From: Camelus ferus
Taxonomy: Eukaryota
NCBI RefSeq assembly: GCF_009834535.1
Contig: NC_045697.1
Coordinates: 28,584,001-28,648,000 of the forward strand
DNA: 64,000 nt
Direction of reading: 5' to 3'
Shown: positions 49,954 to 62,913 of the stretch, in pieces
Layout: each line of letters starts with the position of its first letter
How positions within the stretch are numbered: position 1 is the stretch's first letter
Position numbers and translations under genes: made by a program
Notes under the pieces: model-generated
The model's input: the letters and a program-made list of their open reading frames with translations, nothing else
Database searches by the model: none
Told to the model about the DNA's origin: nothing

Positions 49954-52823
49954 TATATTGTAATGTTAAGATGTGAAGGTTCTTCCAAAAACTTGTAAGC
50001 CTTTCCTAATCAGTAGTAAACTCTTGTAGTTGATATTATTGCATACTAAACACAAGTTGCCATGTTTTTTTTCCCCTATGTGTTTGCTTAAGTATAAATT
50101 TCTTCACATAATTACCTTTAGTTGTAGTTCAGTTACTTTCTAAAGATGCCAAAGGAAACCAGATTTTTCTTTATTTATTTTAAATAGCTAAAACCATGTA
50201 CTTCTCTTTATATTTTTGAAGTTAAGGTTGGAATTGTGTGAAAATGTGGACAGTTTTTTTCATTGTTAGAATTCTTTTTTTTTTTTAGTGGAGAGCAGCT
50301 TGGTAATAGTAATATTTGGATTATTTTAAATATCAAACACTACCCAGTTTACTATTTGCCTATATTATCAGGGTATATTTAATTGTCCTGTGGTTTGACA
50401 AAGGAGAGAGAGAACTCAGATTACTAAAGATCAAGCGTTACGTACTTTGCTATTGGAGGCAGCTGTACCTTGCCTGTGACTCTTTTATTCGCGTTAGCCC
50501 CTTAGGGTATACTTCATTCAACATCCCTAGTGCCCAGGAAATTGAAAAGTACAATATTTGGTATGAGAAATTCTCCAAAAATGGATTGTTTATTTCAGAA
50601 ATTTACCTCATTTACATTTCGTGTAATAATCTCTTTCCTTTCTGGCACTTTTCCCACTGTGGTCTTCTTCTTCTTTTTTTTTTTTTTTTCTTTTCCTGTT
50701 GTTTATTTGTTTGTTTTCCTATTTTTCTACCGGTAGACTTATTTCCCCAAACATAGAAATAATGGCAATTGCTTTTTTCCTCTGGTCTTACATATGTTTG
50801 GAAAAAAAGACACTAAAAGTGCAGCTCTCGGGAAAAGGCACCCTGGTGGAAATTATTTTTATAATTCTCAATGTTTTGTTTCTCAAAAATTATGGTTAAA
50901 ATATATGTGTGTGTGTGTATATATATATATATGTAACTACACACACACACACACACACAGAGTTATAACCCATTTAGGGCAGGCAGATTTGCTAGAAGTC
51001 ACTGATACTCCAATAGGTTTTTATTGTAATCAGGTCTGTTCCCTGAGTATGTGCCTGACTTTTAAAAGAAAAAATAATCAGTTGTGTAGTATTTCAGTAC
51101 AGAGTACTGAATGAATGAGCAATTTGTGACCCAAATAAGTATACAGTAAGAGATATATAAATATTTGAGGAACTTGGTACTAAATTAGATGCTCTGTGTT
51201 GGTTCCCCCAAATGTTTAGAGTTGTGACTATGGTTTACTTAAAACACATAACACGTTCAAGAATATGTATCTATGTGTTTGGATTCAGAATATTTTGCTT
51301 TTGGGGAGAGTAATCTATGAAAGTAAGGCTGATTTTTTTCTTTTTGTGGAAATATTTCACATTTGTAATTGCTGGTAGTGCTTAAATCTATGCAAAATAA
51401 TTTTAAAGTATAGGAAAGAATTGGCAGATAAAGTGGATATTGCTTATTTATGCACTGCATTATGCAGCATATGTTCCTGCTGCTTAATAAGTTTATTAAT
51501 GTGAAAAGCAGTTCTTGGCTATGAGTGTATGCCTGATTTCAGCTTTTAAAACTCTGCATAAGGGTATGATAATGTTTCCACAATCCTTGTTAGCAGCCCA
51601 GGAAATAAAAGCTTTGCTGCTTTATTTATTTATTTTTTTAATTATTTTTTTATTTTATTTTTTGGTGTTTTAAAGGTGGATTTGGGTAGAGAAAAGTTGG
51701 AGCCAATTATACTTTCTTGCACATAGATGGAAACAATCAATGTTTGGGTAGGAAAAGAAAGCTGTTTACAGTTAACTTTATTTCATGAATTTATACAAAA
51801 TGATGTTGTATTAATCACTTTTTCTAGTTCAAGAAATTTCAATTCCAGGGTACAAACCATTGGTTTTAAAAATTTGCATTGCCATTCCTTAGTACCAGTT
51901 TAAAATAAATGCTTAACATTAGCTATTTACTATCATTGGGGAATAAGGCAACTTGTAGTATTTACTGATAAATAGCCTTTTTCCCAAGTGTGACTTTTTT
52001 GCAGTGTCTACATACGGTGTCACATGTTCTGTTTGCACTGTTGCAATATGGATCAAAAATCTTGTGGCGTAGCAGTGGGAGAATGTCAGTATCTCACTTG
52101 TCCCATTTGTTCTGTTACTGCTCTGTTGGACTGATCTACCCTCTTAAACCTGTGATCATCACCTAAATGTGAGTTGTGAATGTGTCAACTTTTGCTTGGT
52201 TGTTTCAACCAAGCTTTGAATATATATGTATGTGTGTGTGTTTGTGTATACACATACATATATATAATCAGTGCTTATGTATATAATCAGGTGTGGCACA
52301 GTTTATCAGTTGGATTCTGGGGGGTGAGTGGATTCAAATCGTTTGCACTGTGCTGTTAAATGATCCTTGTGTGCTTGCTGTTACCTACTTTTTACAGGCA
52401 TCATAATAAAAGCTAGACTATTTCTTTGGGGGGGAAAGAGACTTATTTAATGTAATTTAAAGACTTTTCCAATAGAAAATGAAATACTATTGAAAATAAT
52501 ATCTATTTTTTAGCTTTCAGCAATTGATGGTACTTTGTTGTGGTGTCTGCTGGAAGTCTACTGCCATTATAGGGATTCTCATTAACCTCACCGAGAAAGA
52601 ATCTTGCTTGTTAGCTTCTCTAGATCTCTATTCTAAACAATCTGTTAGTGACGATAAATTCTGTAGGAGGATCTATTCTGAGCCGTTAACTTCCTGTAAG
52701 GGGAAAATGGGTGGGTTACCAGAAAGACCATTGAAGCAGGGTGGGCTAGGGGTGGAGGGCTGGGTATTTGTCTTGAGAATTAAGAACTACAAAACACTTT
52801 TGTACACAACTGATTTTTTAAAA

Positions 52824-52888
52824 AATAAACACATTTTTAAAGATGTTGAATTTTTTTTCCCCCCTTACTGGGAATTCTTAAAAATAAA
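52824..52888 (+). terminator. Distal polyadenylation signals (AATAAA 52824-52829 and 52883-52888)
   Basis: Two AATAAA with upstream TGTA (52801) and downstream T-rich tracts. Confidence 0.55.
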
Positions 52889-54700
52889 TGCATGCATGTT
52901 TTCCCCTGAAAATGGTTTATATCTTCTTTCTGGGTACTCATCAATGGATAGGCAGTTAAGCCTACACACTACTTTAAACAAGAAAAAGAGCCAGGAAGAT
53001 ATTTCTCCTAGGCAAGCTTTATAGCGATAAGCATGTGTTGAGAAATGAAATAAATTACATTAGTTCTTTGAATTTTAAAATGGGTTGACATTATTTACTT
53101 CTGTTTAAAGTTATTTATTTGAAAATATGCCATTATTTGGCTAGGTTTTAATCCAAAATTTAGAGTAATCCAGAAGTAGTAGATACCGAAAGCAATACTA
53201 TTTAGTTTGTTTTCACACAAGCACACAGATCTTCCTGGAAAGGGTGGCTGTTAAAGTGAAAAGGACTCTGAATTGTTTCAGAAGTTCTTGGGTTACTATT
53301 CTTGAAGTGCTCCTGCCTTTATTTGATTCTGATAATTAGAAGAGGCTATGTTGGTTAGGATTTGTATTAATTATTTCACATGGCAAACTGATTGTTACTT
53401 TGTGTCTCTAGGGCATTTCATAATCAGCATTCAGCAGGCCTGTTGAGTTTCTGTAGCCTGGAGATGGAATTGCTTCTGACTGGAATACCAGTACGAAGTG
53501 CTCTTTTCATGGAGCACATACCAAAAATCAAGGATAACAGATGGAATTCAAGTGAGCTTCCATGCCAGTCCCTAGCACAGAATGGTCAAATTTAAAGGGT
53601 AGTAAACACTTGGTACGTGTTTTATTTCATTCATCAAAGAAGTAAAGAATTAGCACGAATTCTCTAATAAGCTTTTAGGAGTATGCCCTACAATAATACT
53701 GTCTACTCAAGTCTTCATGTTGTAATGTTCATTTCCCCTCATTTAATTTCAGTGGAAATACATTAAAGCAAAACTTAATAATTCTGCCTAATTTTCCTGT
53801 TGTAAATTACACTGTTTTGGTAAATTACCTTTTAATAAGATGTTGAACCATAGTCAACAAGGCCAAGCTGTTTAAATATTCAGTTTATGGTATTTGTAGA
53901 GCCTTTTTCAAGATACACGGATAAAACAAGGCAAACAGTATAAAACTGAGAAACCTGAGGACGAAATTTGAGAAACCGAAAGTATTTTATTTCTTACTGA
54001 GTTAATATACCTAGAACTTGGTTTCTCCCTTACAGCATAAAAGCTTTTTTATATGTACAGAAGAATATACCTAATTTTGATTTAAGGGTAACTAATAGTG
54101 CTTTTTCTTCTCTTATACAGCTAACATTCAGCTCTTTAGTTACTGTATTTATTCCTCAGCTCTTCATTTTTAAATGTGAAATACATACTTGCTATAGGCA
54201 TTATTATTTGCATTATATTGATAGATGAATGACCTTCTGTCCTAATATTGAGGAACAAGATTAATGACATTCTACTGGTTTCTCCTAACTGTATTCTGAG
54301 AACTACAAAATTTTAAGGAAAAGGGGGACCTTCCAGTCATCTTTTTAAAAATAGATCAATTAAAATAAGTTGGATACCCAGAGTCACAGGTTATTTTTTC
54401 AGAAGAGCCCCTAATACTGTTTTGTATGTGCCTACTAAACCTGGTAGCATTTTGAGACCTAAAATGCTATTCTTGTTTTCCTTAAAAATAGGAAATTGTG
54501 GAGGGATCATTTGCAAGCATGACAAGGAAAACCAGTTCAGGTGAGAGTGAGGTCTTCATTCCACGGAAAGTATATCCAAACCAGTCCTCATGGTATGAAT
54601 TGAATGTTGTGATGAACTAGGTTCACTTGCAGGGTTTTATGACTTCTGCTGAAGTTGCTCTACCAGCACCAAATGTACTTTTTCTGATATTCAGAATAAC

Positions 54701-54868
54701 AGAATAAATAGCAGTGTTCTTTGTTTATGGGACCTATAGAAAATGATCATCTATACCACAAAATCTAATTAGCCCTAAAATCTATAGATAAATAGAATAA
54801 ATAGCAGTGTTCTTGGTTTATGGGACCTATGGAAAATGATCTTCTATACCACAACATCTAATTAGCCC
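54701..54868 (+). repeat. 75-bp direct duplication with an 18-bp spacer
   Basis: Copies at 54701-54775 and 54794-54868 with 4 mismatches. Confidence 0.95.
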
Positions 54869-56619
54869 ATTTTATTTTGTTACAGGTAATTTCTTAGTTG
54901 CATAATGTCATACTTCTGTGTATATGAGGAGAGGTAGCTCCTGGCAGGTTAACCTTAAGATATCATGACCTAGAGATAAAATCAAAAGGCAAAATTTAGG
55001 TAAGGAAACAGAATCAGGAGAGTAGTCTGCTGAGATGATTGTTAACATAGTTGATTTTCTTCACTAAAGAAATTATTTTTCCAGATAAACATATTTTTAA
55101 AAATCAGTTAACAGCGAAGAGTCCACGGTAGAAAATGTATGATCCTCTTCCTATCTCTAGTACTAATCCATAGAGACAAGAGCTTTTAAATGTCTCCGAT
55201 TTTGTTTTTTAGGTTACCTCCAGGTCACTAAGCAAATGCTTATTCCTCCTTAAATACCTCTAGATTTTGTATGTAACAGGAAGTTAATTACATGTCTCTT
55301 CTATCAGTTCCACCTAGTACCTCGACTCTCTATTTTTATCCTTAACCTTTATTTTCACTTAGTAATGGAATTTAGGTTGAAGGAGGGCTGTTGCATGCAC
55401 AAAAGCATTGACCAAATAGTGTGACTGGGGGCAGGAATGTACAGGTAAGGGGCATTTACTCACTGAGGCAGCAGTTGCTTTGGAACTGAAGTAGAAGTCA
55501 GGAAAAGTAACAAGGAGATTGGGATACCTAGATTGGGGTAGTAATTAAAAGATGAGATGGGGAGAAATTATGAAGAAAGAAAGGCAAGATGTAATAAAAG
55601 AAGGTCAAGGTTGTGAACCTATGGAAGGAAAAGAGTGCCTGTGTGGGATGAAATGCATGTAGGGAGTGTAGTCAAAGTCTCTGGTCCTAAATGGTAATCC
55701 TTTTAATTTGTTCAGTGTGCCCGTGCTTCCTTAGCCCCAGATCTCTCAATTTAATTCAGTAGATTGATACTCTTAACTGGGCCTTTTAGTAAGCTGCTTC
55801 TCTTCCTGTGCATACCTCCTTACATGCTGTTACTTTCTACGGGTCTTATTTAGAGGTTTTTTGTTTGTTGAGGGGGTGGGGGGCATCTAGCATTTTTTCT
55901 CCTCCATCTCTCTTTTCCTTAAGCTGGTCATGATTTGGTTTCCTTTCCCTGCTTCAGTTCTGTCACATTTACAGAATACTGCTTTCTGAATAGTTTGCTG
56001 CGTATCTTCTCTTCATTCATTAACTCTCACAATTTGGGCCTGGCCTTTATCATAATACCCAACTGGTCTGAAAATCCTAACAGCCCTTCACTTACAATCT
56101 ATAATAAATTACAGATACAAAAAAATGAGGCCCTGACTTGCCCAGAGATAACATGATGGCTGACAATGTCAACTGAGAACTTGGGTTTTCTATCCACTAT
56201 ATTTCTTGCTTTACTTTTATCTTTTAAAAGCAGTTTTAGTGATAAAAATGTGCTAATTTCAGGAACCTTAGACTCAATTAAGTTTTAACCCTACCTCCTA
56301 GGATTTACTAAGCATTTTGGAGTATTATTTCCTTGCTATACTGTTTTTATGCAATTAAACTAATACTATATAATTGTCAATATTCACCTTCTTAAAACTG
56401 ATAATCACAGTTCTTTAAAAATTCTTTATATAAATATTTTGAATGGCTGTAAATAGGCCATTGAATAGGGCTACCATACTTTATATATCAGTCACCCTAC
56501 TAGATGTGTAGATTGTTTCCTGTTTATAACAAATTATGCTGCCTGGACTTTGCTTAAACATAATGGGTCCTATAAATTCTTTAATACTAGCTGCCTCCTA
56601 AAACTCCACTGGAGTGACA

Positions 56620-58420
56620 TTTCTAAAGGTATAAATCTGTAGAGACACAGAATGGAAGAGAAGACAAAATGTCAAAATACTTTTGGAAGATGAAAAGCAG
56701 ACGGAAGAGTAGAAACTAGTTTGGTATAGCAGAGGAAGTTCAAACCTCCTTGTGTACAGAAGAAGTACTTACTTAGAAGCAAACTGATTTGCTCCTTAAG
56801 ACTCAGAAAGACCTAGAAATGGGACAAAAAAGACCCTGCTGAATGTGAGGATGAAATTTTGGGTTGTAAGTGGAGTGAACTGAAAGTCTGTTCCTTTCTG
56901 CCCAGTTAGGTAGGTAGATAGTTTACTATCATCCCCTTCATATGGAAGGAGAATTGCTGTCTTGTGAATTTGAAACAAGTCTTCAGACTGAGAGATGCCA
57001 GTCATAGATTGAAAATGAAGATAAATTAAAATTCTGTATACTTGCATATTCCTAGTTTCTAGAATGCTGAGAGTTAGGTCTCAAGGAAAAAGGGAGGATC
57101 ATTTTCTATAGAAACTCAGTGGACCCATACAAAAGACCTTCAAAGAGATTCAGATGTTTGACAATTCCAATGAAAAGCTGAGCCCCCACACAGTTTCAAA
57201 GTGTGAACAAACTCAGAATCACCAGATTTTTGAAGATTGACTACCTAATACTAATGCCTGAGACCAAGATAGGATCAATACAGTACCCATTATGTTTAAC
57301 TGTATCCATGAAGAGCTGCAGAATGCTTTAAAAATAGATTTTGTAAATTAAATATAGTTCAAATTAAAAATTAGTTAAAATAAGGAGTGTAAGAAAGATT
57401 TTAAAATACAAAAAGGTGGATTTTTTTTAAAAGAGGACCGTTCCAGAAGATCCAATATCTTAACTAATACGGATTTCTTAAAGGAAATGGAATAAAGCAA
57501 AGTATCAAGAAGGTAATCAAGGACACTCTTCTCCACTTTGAAAGCACCGAGCACAATTAATGCAATGAATGGAAAAAGACCCAAAATAAAGCATTTTGTT
57601 CCAGAACATTAGGAAAAGTGAGAAAGTCCAAAAAATGGGATTAGAGTGTGGAGAATGGGCCCCTGAAATGAATTGGGAATAAGAATGGCATCCAGTTACC
57701 CAGTTTCTTATCAGTGATGTGGGAAGCAAAGACTTCTAAGTTCTGAGTGAAATTTATTTCTAAGAACTCCATTCCCAGCAGAGGTGTCAGTGTAGAATAA
57801 AAATACTTTAATATATTCAAGGTCTCAAAAATCTTTTGTCTTCTGTTGTCTTTTTCTTGGGAATGATACACTCCACCAGAATGGAGGAGTAAGCCATACA
57901 AAAGAAAGACATGAGATGCCACATAGGAGCTGGCTATTCCTGGGATGAGTAAAGAAATTCAGAATACCAGCTGGCACCAACCTTGAGCAGCCATTTCAGT
58001 ACATTGAGGACCAGAAGGATGAAATAGTCCAGTGGAAGATCAATAAAAGAAAAGAAAGGAACTGATAGGTTATTTGATATATCTTATGTATGAAATTAAA
58101 TTGGGGTTAATTAGAGTGCAAGGAATAAATTGACAATAATAGATACACAGGAAACTAACCAAATAGAAAAACAAAGATGTTAGCACATTCAAAATATGCT
58201 CATTAGGTGATCAGTGGTTATATAATATAGTCATAAATATAAACATAAAAATAGTTATAAACTATTTTGCCAGAATTGCCAAATACTGAGAAATGAAGAA
58301 TGGAAGTAAGAGTGGGCCCGTGTAAGTGAACTAGGTGCTTGTCTGCCTTTAGAAAGTATGTTTTAAGTCAACAAATACTAATGTAGCAGTGTAAACCTAT
58401 TCCTTTGAAATATTTGTCTT
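56620..58420 (+). mobile_element. Highly decayed old L1 5'/ORF1 region
   Basis: Purine-rich, with L1-like motifs (aggtccaat-like, aatgaatggaaaaagacc, tagaataaaaatac). Weak match. Confidence 0.45.
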
Positions 58421-60524
58421 TGAAGAATGAGATGGGTTCAAGATCTGTCCTATATGTGTTTTTAACATTTATTGAGCTATAATTCACATACCATATTACC
58501 CACCTATTTAAAATGTGCAATTCAGGAGCTTTTAGTATATTCAGAGTTGTGCATCCATCAGCACAATCAATTTTAGACCATTTTTATTACTCCAAAACAA
58601 ATTCTGCAACCTTTAACAGTCATGTGTTTGTTTTTTTAAATTAATCTTTTAGTAATATTTGACTTTAAATCTATACATATTATTTTGATAAAATAAGAAA
58701 TAATGTTACATTGAGCCACTTTGTATGCACTTCAGATTATTTCCTTAAGGGCAATCTTCAGAAGTTTTCTTTATTATTAAATATTTTCCCATGATACTGT
58801 ACTAATAAGTATTACCACTAACATATATGATAGAGTACCCTCACTCTTGTTGAATATTAGTATTGTCTAAAAATATGAATGTGGAAGTAAAAGTAATACG
58901 CGTTTGTTTTTAAGTTAAAGTATTCTGTGACTGAGCATCTCTTTAAAGATTAAATTACATTGATATTCCCCTATGTTCAGGTCCCTGATTCACTTGCATT
59001 TTGTAGTCTTAATTGTTTCATAGAAAATTAGAATACTTCTTTAACTTGATTAAGAATAATCTTAGTGTTGTCTTTAAAAGCAGAATGGGAATTAATATTG
59101 AGTTTTTACTGTGTATCAAATGGCATTTTATAAATTATCTGTTACCTCATTGAATTCTTCAAAACAAATGGAATTCTTTTTTATTCCACTCATTTTACAT
59201 TTGAAGAAACAGGACGAACTACTGACTAGGAGGACTCAATAGTAATGCAACCAAATCAGGTTTCAAATTCAGACCTTTCTAATATCTAAACCTATGTTCT
59301 TATTTTACCATCCTGTTAAGAGCCATCTTAACAGTTATTTTCAAAACCATATTAAACATCTGATTTCACTTTTTTAGCAATTCAGTGCTGTCTTCTGATT
59401 AAAGCTAAAATGGTTTGGCACATTTATCCTTCATTTGTCCTAAGATACACTTAAATGAATACAAGATAATGAAACATGTAAGCTGACAACAGTGAAGAAA
59501 ATAGGATGGACTCAACAGTGGATGAGAGCAGAATCCTGCAAAGTAGAAGTCAGACAGGTGTAAACTAAAGCTATACATGGAAACAGCTACAGCCCAGCTA
59601 GAATACAGAGAGCTTTGAACTGTGGAGGGGTATGGGCCTTGAAGGGACTAGGCACTGTGTGAAGGTATAAGTTAGATAAGAGCCTAAAAATGGGAGTTAT
59701 CGGAAAACATGATATGTAATTCTCAGTCCCCACTCTGCATGGTCATCTTAAAGAAGCAGCTTGATAGTAAACTCCAGTCACAGTACTCTCCATCAGTCTT
59801 TCATTGCCTGGCCCTTAGCCATATGCAGAAAATTAAGATAAAATTTCTGAGAAATGCCTTCAACATGAAAGAAACCAAGATGAAAAGAAAAAGAAAAAAC
59901 TGGAGGAAACAATGTAGGGAACACAAGAATAGTTAAAACAAAAATGTAATTACTCTTAATTGACATTGAAGAATTCATTGTACCCCTACAGTAACAGCAG
60001 GATGCTATGAAAAAAAGTATCTTTGAAAAAATAAAGACCTTTTAAAAAGTTAAAATGGCCACTGAAGTTTAAAAAAAAAAATTCTTTCAAATCTATTTCT
60101 GTACTGAGAGGACTTAAGGGAGAACCAAAGCATTCCTTGCAGTGCTCTTAAGACCGCCATGATCTGTCGCACACTTTACCACCTCACACAGCCCAAGGAA
60201 CCCGTGCCAAGAAGGAAGCTGTAATCATAACTGACTGTCCAACTTCGAAAGCTTTTTCAAGACTAATCCCATTGTGATTTTCATTTGGTCTGTCTTACTC
60301 ATCCTGTTCAAGATTCAGAGGTTATTTGACAACACGTAGACTTTAAACCTTATGAAACTATTCCCTAATCTGACTCAAGTCTTACTAACTGACCTCTCAG
60401 CCTCCCTTTAACATGCCCTAGTTCTTAGAATTGTCATAAAGAAAATTGAAGCTTGACTACTCCCTGAGGCCACTGTTTCCCCCAGAGTGTTCAGTTGGTA
60501 GTTATACTTTTTTAAGTTCACAGG

Positions 60525-62130
60525 CATGTCATCTGTAATAGAGACAGTTTTACTTCATTTTCAGTCTTGTTCCTGTATTTTATTTATTTAGCCTAATTGC
60601 TCTGGCTAGGTCTTCCAGTGTGATGTTAAATGTGAGTGGTAAGAGAATACATCCTGAAATTTTCCCAACCTAGGGAGAAAGCATTTAGCTTCTCACCATT
60701 GATTATGTTAGCTGTAAGTTTTTTATAGGTGCTTTTTATTAGGTTAGGGAACTGTCCTAATCCCAGCTTAATGGATGCTGAATTTTGTCATATGTTTTTT
60801 CTACATTTATTGAGATGATCATGTGGCTTTTCTTACTTGGTCTGTTAAAATGGTGATTAATTTTCAAATGTTGAAGTGCCTTGCATTCGTGGAATGAACC
60901 CAACTTGGTCGTGATGTTTTACTTTTTTTATATGATATTGGACTCAATTTACTAATATTTTGAGGATTTTTGCATCTTTGTTCATAACGGATTTTGGTCT
61001 GTGGTTTTCTTGTAATGTCCTTGGTTTTGATAATGATAGCCTGATAAAATAAATAGAGAGAGTTCCCACCTCTTCCATTTTCTTGAAGGTATTATGTAAA
61101 ATTAGTATTTCTTCCTCAAATGTTTCTTTATTTTTCTGTTTTCACTTTCATTAATTTTCCTTTATTCTTTACTTTCTGTTTGTTTTAGATTTAATTTTTT
61201 TTTCATAAGGTGGAAGCTCAAGTTCCTGATTTTAGATCTTTAGAAATACACCATTTCATATACTACATACAGTAAAAGGAGTACAAAGACGAAAACACAA
61301 ATCTTAAGTACCTTCTGTATTAAGGAATGAATAAATAAGTAAATTTTAAAAAAGAAATAAAGCACTGCTTTACATGCAATTCAAATTTCAGTGTTACATT
61401 TTCATACTAAATTATTTTAAAATTCTCTTGAGACTTCCTCTTTGATCCAAGAGCTACTTAGATAGCATATTGCTTAATTCTTGATATTTGGGGATGTCCC
61501 AGATATTTCTCTTATTGATTTCTAATTTAATTCTATTGGGATCTGATAACTTTTTTTCAGATTTTTTATTATTTTAAGTTTATTAAGATTTGCTTTATGG
61601 CCTGGAATATGGTCTGTCTTGGTGAGTGTTACATATGTACTTGGGAAGAATGTATAACCTGACATTGTTGAGCAGTATATTCTGAATGTCAGTTAATCAA
61701 GTTGATTGATAGTGTTGCTCAGGTCATCTATGTCTTGTTAATTTTCTGCATATTTGTACTGTCAGTTACTGAGAGGCTTGTTGAAGCCTCCAGCTGTGTT
61801 CATGGATTTATGTATTTTTCTTTTCAGATCTGTATTTTTGCCTCTTGTATTTTGAAGCTCATTTGTTTTAGGTGCATACACATTTAGGGTTATTCTGTTG
61901 GAGAACTGACCTCTCATTTTCCAGTGTTCTTTATCTCTGATCATATTCCTAGTTCTGAAGTTCTGAAGTCTACTTTATCTGTAATTAACATAAATATTCC
62001 AGCTTTCTTTTGGCTAATGTTTGCATGATACATCTTTCTCCATCCTTTTATCTTCAATGTATATATAGTCCTTTAACTGGTGTGTTTAGACCATTTACAT
62101 CTAAAGTGATAATTTGTATGGTTGATTTAT
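60525..62130 (-). mobile_element. Old L1 ORF2 fragment
   Basis: Parallel to the 15660-17530 sequence; minus-strand peptide ITLNVYAP (L1 endonuclease domain). Confidence 0.8.
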
Positions 62131-62913
62131 AATTTTCAGTGACTAATTTTAATCCCACACCCCACATTCCTGAAGGTGAGAGAGGTGCGCTCATTGCTAT
62201 TGATCTTTACCTAGTTTAGCTTCCATGGGCCACTGCTGTAATCATCCCCTTGTCCTTTGCTTCCTGACCTTCCTTGTAATATGTCATCTTTGCCAAGACA
62301 GCTCCTGTGCCTGCATAGTAGAATCTACCTGGAGAAAAAGAGTTGTGCTGACTGTTCTCACTGTGAACTGATAACCACTATTTTCAAGTGGGCCCTTAGC
62401 ACTTGGCTGCAACCTTATATTTTCCTGATCATCTCAATCTCACTCTCTGAGGTGACTACTGGACAACTTACTTACCTCGGATCTCCAACAGCTTCTAATC
62501 CCTCACAACTAATAAACTGATTTTTTTGTTTGTTTGTTTGTTTTTAAGGCCTGATGAGAGCTCACTCTAAGGCAATTGACAAGGAAATTTAGTTGTTCCT
62601 GTGCTAATTTTTTTTTATATTATTGAGAGATAGAAGCAAGGAGCACTACACTTTTTCATTATCCAATGTGTCTGCCTGCCTGCATCTGCTATTATATACT
62701 CTGTCTTCCCTCTCATCCATTTAAAGACTATGCTCCCATCTTCTATATTGTTAATTTCTCTCTCTTTTTTTTTTTTACATTAATCTACAAACTTGCTATA
62801 TATCTATCTATCTTAAAGAGGAAAAGGAAACCTTTGTAGATTTCTTTAAAGCTACACTGTATTCTAGGAGACAGTGAAGCAGTTTTTAACTGCTGATAGA
62901 AATTATTTTCTAT

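Larger units (their letters stand above)
48396..52910 (+). other. UBE2K: UBE2K long 3' UTR (about 4.5 kb, end approximate)
   Basis: Follows the stop codon and lacks recognisable interspersed repeats, unlike the flanks. It has several AATAAA signals. The distal end is inferred from AATAAA at 52824 and 52883 and from my recollection that mammalian UBE2K has an mRNA of about 5 kb. Confidence 0.7.

Noticed and set aside
52524..53024. 166-aa ORF at the end of the 3' UTR
   Set aside because: TTG start, no recognisable domain, and it runs across the poly(A) signals.
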